Below are positions 56,850 through 62,622 of a stretch of 64,000 nt of DNA, piece after piece. Source of the stretch: an uncultured Gammaproteobacteria bacterium (GTDB lineage: Bacteria > Pseudomonadota > Gammaproteobacteria > Chromatiales > Chromatiaceae); assembly GCA_963824085.1 (NCBI GenBank), contig CAWGNT010000026.1, forward strand, positions 32,180 through 96,179, written 5' to 3'. Made by a program: the position numbers and the translations under genes. Positions within the stretch are counted from its first letter, which is position 1. Every line of letters begins with the position of its first letter. Below the pieces are notes generated by a model. The model was given only the letters and a program-made list of their open reading frames with translations, searched no databases and was not told where the DNA came from.

Positions 56850-56950
56850 GTCGGCGGGACGGTCGGCGCGGGCGCCGTCGAGCCTACATGGACGTATTCA
56901 CAAGGAACATCTGCCCTTGGGGCATTGCCGCCCACCGAAAGCCGGACGCC
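56850..56950 (-). repeat. palindromic repeat element, degenerate copy E
   Basis: GGTCGGCGCGGGCGCCGTCGAGCCTACATGGACGTATTCAC resembles the core of copies B, C and D. Arms poorly preserved. Confidence 0.4.
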
Positions 56951-57145
56951 TCGTCTGGTGATGGGTGGTCCCGCCCAGCCTGGCCCCATCGAACGTCACC
57001 TCCAACAAGTGCCCTTTCGTATTGCGCTTGCCTAATGCGCAATGCCGACTAGATTTCTCAGGTATGAGGGAGACGTAACGGAGTCGATTGGGACATCGTC
57101 GCTAGAGCTTATTCGTTCTTCACTTTGGGTCCATTGGAGGCCATC

Positions 57146-57952
57146 ATGAGCATCACACGCAGGTTGTTTGTCGGGGCAGCCGTCAGCGGCGCCGCGGTTG
57201 TGACGAGTGTTGCTGCTGGTGTTCTTACATCCCGCGGGGTTAGAGCAGCGCTCCCGGCCGGGACCTTTTTTGCCGCATCCCCGGCCGAGGCCATCGGTGC
57301 AGTTCTTGGTACTGACCAGAGCACGCCGGACCCGGCCGTACAGCTGGGCATTACAGACACGGTAGAGATGGCGGACATGGTGCCTCTATCCGTGACGACG
57401 ACGTTGGACAACGTGGAATCGATCACCATCGTCGCCGATAAGAACCCCAACCCCATCATTGCATACTACAGATTGGACCCGCAGTTGCAGCCGTACGTTG
57501 CGACGCGCGTGCGCTTGGCCGAGTCGGGCGACGTTCACGCGTTGGTCAAGTCTGGTGGAATTGTCCATCGAGCCACCAAGAACGTGAAAGTTGCCATTAG
57601 TGGCTGCGGCGACCCAGAGCCTGGGCCAAGCGATATCGTGATGTCCAATCGCTTCTTGATTAGGACGGCGAAGGATGGCGACGGCGTCGTAGTCCGTGCG
57701 CTGATCCATCACCCGATGACGCCGCCACGCAAGGACCCGGCGCGAGGGCTTCCGGTGTCCGGCCAGTTCATCCAAGAAGTCAAGGCGCAGGCCAACGGCA
57801 AGACCGTGCTAAACAGCGACTGGAGCGCGGGCGTGTCTCAGGATCCCTATCTGTCGTTCAAGATGCGGCACGCGGCGCAAGGCGACATCATCCGCATCAC
57901 TTGGACTGACAATGCGGGACACAGCGCCTCATCGGAGGTGACGGTCAGCTAG
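57146..57952 (+). CDS. soxYZ: fused SoxY-SoxZ sulfur-carrier protein with Tat signal
   Basis: ORF 57125..57952. ATG at 57146 lies 5 nt after GGAGG. Twin-arginine signal SITRRLFVGAA. The SoxY carrier motif VKVAISGCG is followed by linker DPEPGPSD, then a SoxZ-like domain (VVVRALIHHPMTPPRKD...ITWTDNAGHSASSEVTVS). Confidence 0.8.
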   Translation: MSITRRLFVGAAVSGAAVVTSVAAGVLTSRGVRAALPAGTFFAASPAEAIGAVLGTDQSTPDPAVQLGITDTVEMADMVPLSVTTTLDNVESITIVADKNPNPIIAYYRLDPQLQPYVATRVRLAESGDVHALVKSGGIVHRATKNVKVAISGCGDPEPGPSDIVMSNRFLIRTAKDGDGVVVRALIHHPMTPPRKDPARGLPVSGQFIQEVKAQANGKTVLNSDWSAGVSQDPYLSFKMRHAAQGDIIRITWTDNAGHSASSEVTVS

Positions 57953-58089
57953 TGCGCCGAGTCAGAAACCCAACCGGGGCGGTGACGACGGGCGAGTGTG
58001 ATTTCGCCGTGTCGGGCATTGGCGGTGCAGGATGTCGACACCGCTTCGGCATGAAGGCAGGATCAGACGGTTCGACCTCACGAGGTAGC

Positions 58090-58736
58090 CGCATTGACTT
58101 CTCCAACCAGTGAAAAACCAGGTGCTCTTTGCGTTCTTAAAGGGCCAAATGCTTTTCTTTGGTTCATCGGTTTGGCGACCAGGTTGGCCAGGCGATCAGG
58201 AAGGCCAGCCAGCAGGTGCCGAAGCTGGTTGGCACCGAGCAGGACTCGGAGATCGTTTTCGCCTCGCGCGGCACCGGATCCGACTCGACTGCCATTTTGT
58301 CGGCGCTGAAGGCCCAGCCCGAGCGCAAGGAGATCATCGCCACAGTCGTAGAGCCTCCGGCCGTGCCGAACTGCTTTGTCACGGGTGATCCGGGCCACCG
58401 GTTGCCGAACACCAGCAACGTCGCTTTCGAGTACATCGAGGGCGAGGCTACCTTATTGCTGCTGAACAAGAGAGGGAGTGCCACCTCGTCCGGCTTAGTC
58501 CGCACCTCGGGTTCGCCGGAGCCTTCGCACGTCATGCGTGCTATGGGAGCTCCGTTGACCGTCGCCCACGGGACGATCCGTTTCTCCCTGTCCCGCTACA
58601 ACTGGATGGAGGAGATCGAAAGGGTCATCTCGGCCGTGCCGCCGCTGTTGTGCAACTGCGTAAGCTCTCGCCGTATTGGAGCCAGAATGGACCGCTGGAG
58701 AACCGGCAGACGGCGTTTGTGCCGGCCTATGCATGA
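58090..58736 (+). pseudogene. nifS: decayed nifS-type cysteine desulfurase relic
   Basis: Pieces in three frames align with NifS as I remember it: FGDQVG...SDSTAILSALKAQPERKEIIATVVEPPAV joins directly to FVTGDPGHRLPNTSNVAFEYIEGEA...EPSHVMRAMG...IRFSLSRY. This removes about 240 codons, including the PLP lysine. The catalytic loop reads SSGLVRTSGS (Cys lost). The C-terminal QLRKLSPYWSQNGP is in another frame. Confidence 0.8.
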
Positions 58737-58899
58737 CGGGTTTGAAGGTCAACGGGTATCCCTCCGACCGGACCAGGAGACGTGACGGCGCTCGGCGCCA
58801 AACAGCCTCTCTGGCCCCTTGAATGATGAGGAACCAGGCTTGACTACGGCCTGAGATGAGGGATGAAGAGCGTCCGAGGGGATCATGCGCCACTATTGC

Positions 58900-59330
58900 T
58901 TCATCATTATTCATAGCGAGAGTTGTGCACATTCGTAGTGCAGGAAGGATTGCGGCTACATCATTTCGCGGTACGAGTCAACAGGTGTTAATTAAGCATT
59001 CGGGAATATAGTGTAACGACCTGAAAATCTGACGGAAATCTGCCTGGTTAAATATTGGTCACTTTAATAAGATCGTAACAGTGATCTGGGCTTGGTCGAA
59101 TGAGAAGGCCGGGTATTCACAGACTTATCCACAAGAGCGGTGGATAGAAAATGGTTTCTCGTCACTGACTTGGGCTTGTGAACCTGTTTCGAGAACCAAC
59201 TTTAATAGCGGACTGCAACCCCTTCTGCGAAGCATCTCGCTGGCCCTATCCAACAACTTCCTCCGTTGACCCTTGGAGCAACTTGACGCGATACAAAAGT
59301 TCGCGTTTGCAACAACGGCAATCATGGGGG
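58900..59330. other. low-GC (~40%) non-coding island
   Basis: Hand counts of 38-40% GC for 58981-59100, against about 65% background. Contains TTATCCACA (59125-59133) and an inverted TATCCAC-N7-GTGGATA. No convincing ORF. Confidence 0.6.
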
Positions 59331-59371
59331 TCAGACGCGTTGCGCCCGATATACCCATCTATACCCAACGA

Positions 59372-59520
59372 ACTTGGCTCTTTCGCTTCTCCACCGGAGG
59401 GGTCGGGTCGCACACGCCGGGGTGTCGGCAGCAGGGAGGCTGCGGTCCAGCCTTCAGGACGAATTCACGGCGTCCCGCGGCGGGTGCAACCCGGCCACGA
59501 AAAACGAAACGCCCGAATAG
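59372..59520 (-). repeat. palindromic repeat element, copy C
   Basis: Arms 59401-59422 / 59474-59496. The 51-nt core 59423-59473 is the reverse complement of the copy A core type. Both outer flanks present. Confidence 0.75.
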
Positions 59521-59587
59521 GACCGGCACAACGAGGCGTTGCGGCGAACCTGGTTCTGACGGGGCAGGGTTGTTCCGCCGACTCAGC

Positions 59588-60016
59588 TTACCGCCCTGAG
59601 CGGCGCGCATCGGAGTCTGCCGGTGGCGCCGCGTCGGATGGCCGGCAGGGATAGATCTGCGCGAGCATCTTGGTTACCACCGCGCTCGCATCCGCCGTGG
59701 GATCGGGATAGCGACGCAGCCGAGCAACGACCTTACGGACGGTGAGGTCGATTGTTTCGGTGTCAGGCACACACCAAGTCGGCGCGCCTTGGCCGACAAG
59801 ACGGGCATGACACGCGCACGGAGCGGCATACCACTCGCACATCGCCGCGTCGAGGCCGGTGTTGCCCTGGGCGAATCCGCTGTCGCAAATCGAGACCAGC
59901 TTCGCGACGGTGGGCCCCGCAGCAGCGCTCTGACCGAGCATAGACAAAGGTAGGAGCAAGACCGCTGCCACAGGGGCTGCGCGGCGAAAGGGACTGCGAA
60001 GGTTGCCTATGGTCAT
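59588..60016 (-). CDS. secreted cysteine-rich hypothetical protein
   Basis: 142 aa with a signal peptide (AAVLLLPLSMLGQSAAA) and 6 further Cys, ending in a YPC motif. Loosely reminiscent of Rap1a/Tai4-type periplasmic immunity proteins, but I cannot verify this. Confidence 0.5.
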   Translation of the reverse strand: MTIGNLRSPFRRAAPVAAVLLLPLSMLGQSAAAGPTVAKLVSICDSGFAQGNTGLDAAMCEWYAAPCACHARLVGQGAPTWCVPDTETIDLTVRKVVARLRRYPDPTADASAVVTKMLAQIYPCRPSDAAPPADSDARRSGR

Positions 60017-60071
60017 CTCGATGGTCCTTTCTCTGTTAAGCGGTCGTGTCGTGACCTAAGGGTAGCGAGAG

Positions 60072-60170
60072 CTGGGCGGGGAGCAAAAGCCCTCTGCCAG
60101 GGGGTCGCGTCCAGTACCGGGTGTCCATCCGTCGACCGTGACTTCCCGCCGTGGGGTGCAATACCCGAAG
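60072..60170 (-). repeat. palindromic repeat element, short degenerate copy F
   Basis: CGCCGTGGGGTGCAATACCCGAAGGCGAATCCC matches the right arm and flank of copies C and D. Left part GCCAGGGGGTCGCG matches the left arm. Core shortened. Confidence 0.3.
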
Positions 60171-60531
60171 GCGAATCCCATCGACCCAAAGCCCGCAAGC
60201 GCATGCCGTGAATACGTTCACATTGTCACTTCGGTACCGGCAGCGGCGCTGACTTGCCCCCGACTCCGCGTTGGCCGGCAGTCGACGCCGCTCACCTCGC
60301 GTCAAGAACAGCGTTCGGCCAAGTAACGAGCTGGTTTGTGCGACGGCTATCGCAGTCCGTTGCATCGGCGGATGCTGGCCGGTGTCGCTTCTTGCTAATG
60401 TCCCGCGTAGCTGTCGCCACGTTTTCCATCCCCGGTCATGCAGATCGGCGCGCCGACGACGGGCGCGTTCCCGGGCTGTCCCGGTGACAGGGGAGTGCTG
60501 ACTTCACTTGGTCGAGAGGGACAAGAGTGCA

Positions 60532-61434
60532 ATGAACGCCGCCGCAACCAGAGCCATGCCGCGTCGAAGCGTCTCGCGCCGCTTCAATCTGACCCTGTTG
60601 CTGCTCTATCTGCTGAGTATCGGCATCGGAGCGCCGGCAATATACGTCGTGACCGATCGCGAAGTGAATGCCCAGGCGGATCGAGAGCTCAGACTCCTGG
60701 TCGACATGGCGCGCTCCATACAAGGGTATGTGGCGGGACACATGAGGCCGTTCCTGTTGGAGCGCGGCCTGTTCTACTCCGCGGGCTTTTCCGGAATCGT
60801 CGCAACGTCACTGGTCGCCGAGCAGTTCAAGCGCCTGCAGCCGAGCTATTACATCAAGAGCGTATCCGACAATCCTTTGAATCCGGCGAACCGGCCCCAG
60901 CCGTTCGAGCAGCAGCTTCTGAACCGATTCCGAGGCGATCGCGCCTTAGGTGAAATCACCGGCGTGGGCTCGATAAACGACCGGCGCATGCTGGTCTCGG
61001 CGGCACCGAAGAAGAGTGCAAAGGGGTGTCTACGTTGTCACGGCGAGCCGGACAAGACGCCGCAAGAGATCAAGGACCAGTACGGCGTCACCTCCGGCTA
61101 CCATTACAAGGACGGGGACGTAGTGGGCCTCAGTCTCGTAGGAGTGCCGCTGGAAGACGTCCAGGCGCTGGCGACTCGGCGCGGTCTGATCGCTGTTGGG
61201 TTGCTCACCGGTTTGTTCGCCGTCATCTTTCTCAGCATCAACGTTATGGTGCGGCGGTCCCTGGTACGCCCCCTGTTAGAGATATCCAAGGCCGCGCAGG
61301 ACATCAGTCAGGGCCGCATGGATCGGCCGGTGGAGGTTCATCGGAATGACGAGGTGGGAGATCTGGCCCACTCCATCGAGCTATTGAGGCGGAGCTTCAT
61401 CCAGGCGGTGAAGCGCCTGTCCGGCCGCAAGTGA
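60532..61434 (+). CDS. DUF3365-type c-heme (CxxCH) sensor domain - TM - HAMP protein with no output domain
   Basis: ORF 60508..61434 with an N-terminal TM segment, a periplasmic domain carrying CLRCHG, a second TM segment (LIAVGLLTGLFAVIFLSINVMV) and a HAMP-like region (RRSLVRPLLEISKAAQDISQGRMDRPVEVHRNDEVGDLAHSIELL). It ends 20 aa later. Confidence 0.7.
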   Translation: MNAAATRAMPRRSVSRRFNLTLLLLYLLSIGIGAPAIYVVTDREVNAQADRELRLLVDMARSIQGYVAGHMRPFLLERGLFYSAGFSGIVATSLVAEQFKRLQPSYYIKSVSDNPLNPANRPQPFEQQLLNRFRGDRALGEITGVGSINDRRMLVSAAPKKSAKGCLRCHGEPDKTPQEIKDQYGVTSGYHYKDGDVVGLSLVGVPLEDVQALATRRGLIAVGLLTGLFAVIFLSINVMVRRSLVRPLLEISKAAQDISQGRMDRPVEVHRNDEVGDLAHSIELLRRSFIQAVKRLSGRK

Positions 61435-61535
61435 GAGCCGACTGCCAAAGGTTGAGGGGCAGGACGCCCCGCCGGTTCCGGCGCCTTCAATCTACGGCGC
61501 CGGACACCATATCGCACGGATTTGGGTTCAGCGCC

Positions 61536-61742
61536 GGGTGATTAGTGCTGAACTTCAGCCGGAAAGCTTCGCACTCCATCCGTGGGGCCTAGATCCCGGC
61601 ACTCCCTGCCGGGATGACGCCCAGGCACGGGTCAACTTCGTCGTTCCGGCAGGGAATGCCGGAACCCAGGTGCCACGGACGGCGAGCAGCCCCGTGATAA
61701 AGCAGGCACTTCGGCGTAGCTGAGGAATGGTGCTAATCACCC
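61536..61742. repeat. nested palindromic element between convergent genes
   Basis: Outer inverted repeat GGGTGATTAG (61536-61545) / CTAATCACCC (61733-61742). Inner hairpins CCGGCA-CTCCC-TGCCGG (61596-61612) and CCGGCA-GGGAA-TGCCGG (61646-61662) are also complementary to each other (16/17). Confidence 0.45.
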
Positions 61743-61760
61743 AGTGCCCTGTCAGGCCGC

Positions 61761-62306
61761 TCAATCGAGCAGGTCCTTGAGCGCCTGTTGTGCCACCCCG
61801 CGGAAGCGTTCGGCTTCAGCCGCATCTTCGATCTCCAACGCGAGGTTGTCGATCACCCGTCTCAGCTTCTCGCCGGATTCGATTCCGCCTGCGGCGGAGA
61901 TGGCTTCGCTGCAGACTAGGGGCGCAATAGGTCCCAGATAGTTCGCCAATATCTTGCATAGGGCACCCTGGCCCCAATCGGTGCTGTGCTCGGAGGTATG
62001 CCCGTCCGCGCCCTCCGCGAGCATAGCTAGGAGTGCTTCGCTGGACGGCAGCTGGGCACCGAGCCGCCGGTGGTGCGTTGCTCCTTCCTCAAGACGGTAA
62101 GTCCCGCTCCGCATGCTGCGAATCAGGGGGATGGCCCGCTCGCCCTGCTTCGGTCCGCAGATCAGCGACACGACGTCGCCCGAGTTAAGGCCGATGAGGA
62201 TCAAGTGGTTGTCGTCGGTTCGTACGTACAGGGTGCCGGTCTTCTTCCCCTCGATCAATGTTCTCAGCAATTCGACTAGCTGATTGCGACTGATTTCGCC
62301 GTTCAT
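61761..62306 (-). CDS. DUF4388 (PATAN-like) domain protein
   Basis: ORF 61761..62420. ATG at 62306 gives MNGEISRNQLVELLRTLIEGKKTGTLYVRTDDNHLILIGLNSGDVV, the typical DUF4388 N-terminus as I remember it. The C-terminal half has LANYLGPIAPLVC. Confidence 0.55.
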   Translation of the reverse strand: MNGEISRNQLVELLRTLIEGKKTGTLYVRTDDNHLILIGLNSGDVVSLICGPKQGERAIPLIRSMRSGTYRLEEGATHHRRLGAQLPSSEALLAMLAEGADGHTSEHSTDWGQGALCKILANYLGPIAPLVCSEAISAAGGIESGEKLRRVIDNLALEIEDAAEAERFRGVAQQALKDLLD

Positions 62307-62622
62307 TCGCGTCGGTACCGGCTGGTTGGTGGCTATCAGCCGACGTCGTGGCGTCGGCCTTTGTGGTTCATCTCGCGGGAGCCCATGATACGGCCACCCG
62401 CGGTGGAGCCCTTGCGTCAAGCTGGAGTGCTAATTCTCTTCTCGTACTTTCTCCACACTGGACCCGGCGCCGGGGAATTATTCTCAACGGTTATGCCCAT
62501 GGCCGGTGCGGTCGCCTTGGAATGGTAGCCCTACTTTCCGCTGCACGTCTGCCAACCGACGCACGCAATGGGACTAAGGACTTGGAACCGTTGAACCCAG
62601 TCGGCGAGCCGCGGCGTCGGAA

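Noticed and set aside
57028-57055. Sigma-70-like promoter for soxYZ (TTGCCT-N16-TAGATT) overlapping the inverted repeat ATTGCGC-N9-GCGCAAT.
   Set aside because: Both hexamers match only 4/6. I also found no -24/-12 match upstream of soxYZ. The evidence is too weak to call as a feature.
58737-58900. Possible further nif-gene remnants downstream of the nifS relic, and a nifU-like remnant upstream (57960-58090).
   Set aside because: Hand translation in all frames gave nothing I could align to NifU, NifV or CysE with any confidence.
59125-59147. The DnaA-box pair as the chromosomal replication origin.
   Set aside because: There are only two boxes, I recognised no AT-rich 13-mer-like unwinding element or box cluster, and dnaA/dnaN or gidA are not nearby. 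It is kept as a curiosity, not called oriC.
60190-60500. Sigma-54-like TGGC...TGC strings upstream of the DUF3365-HAMP gene and the Cys-rich secreted protein gene.
   Set aside because: The GG-to-GC spacing is wrong (12 or 16 nt instead of 10) in every candidate I checked.
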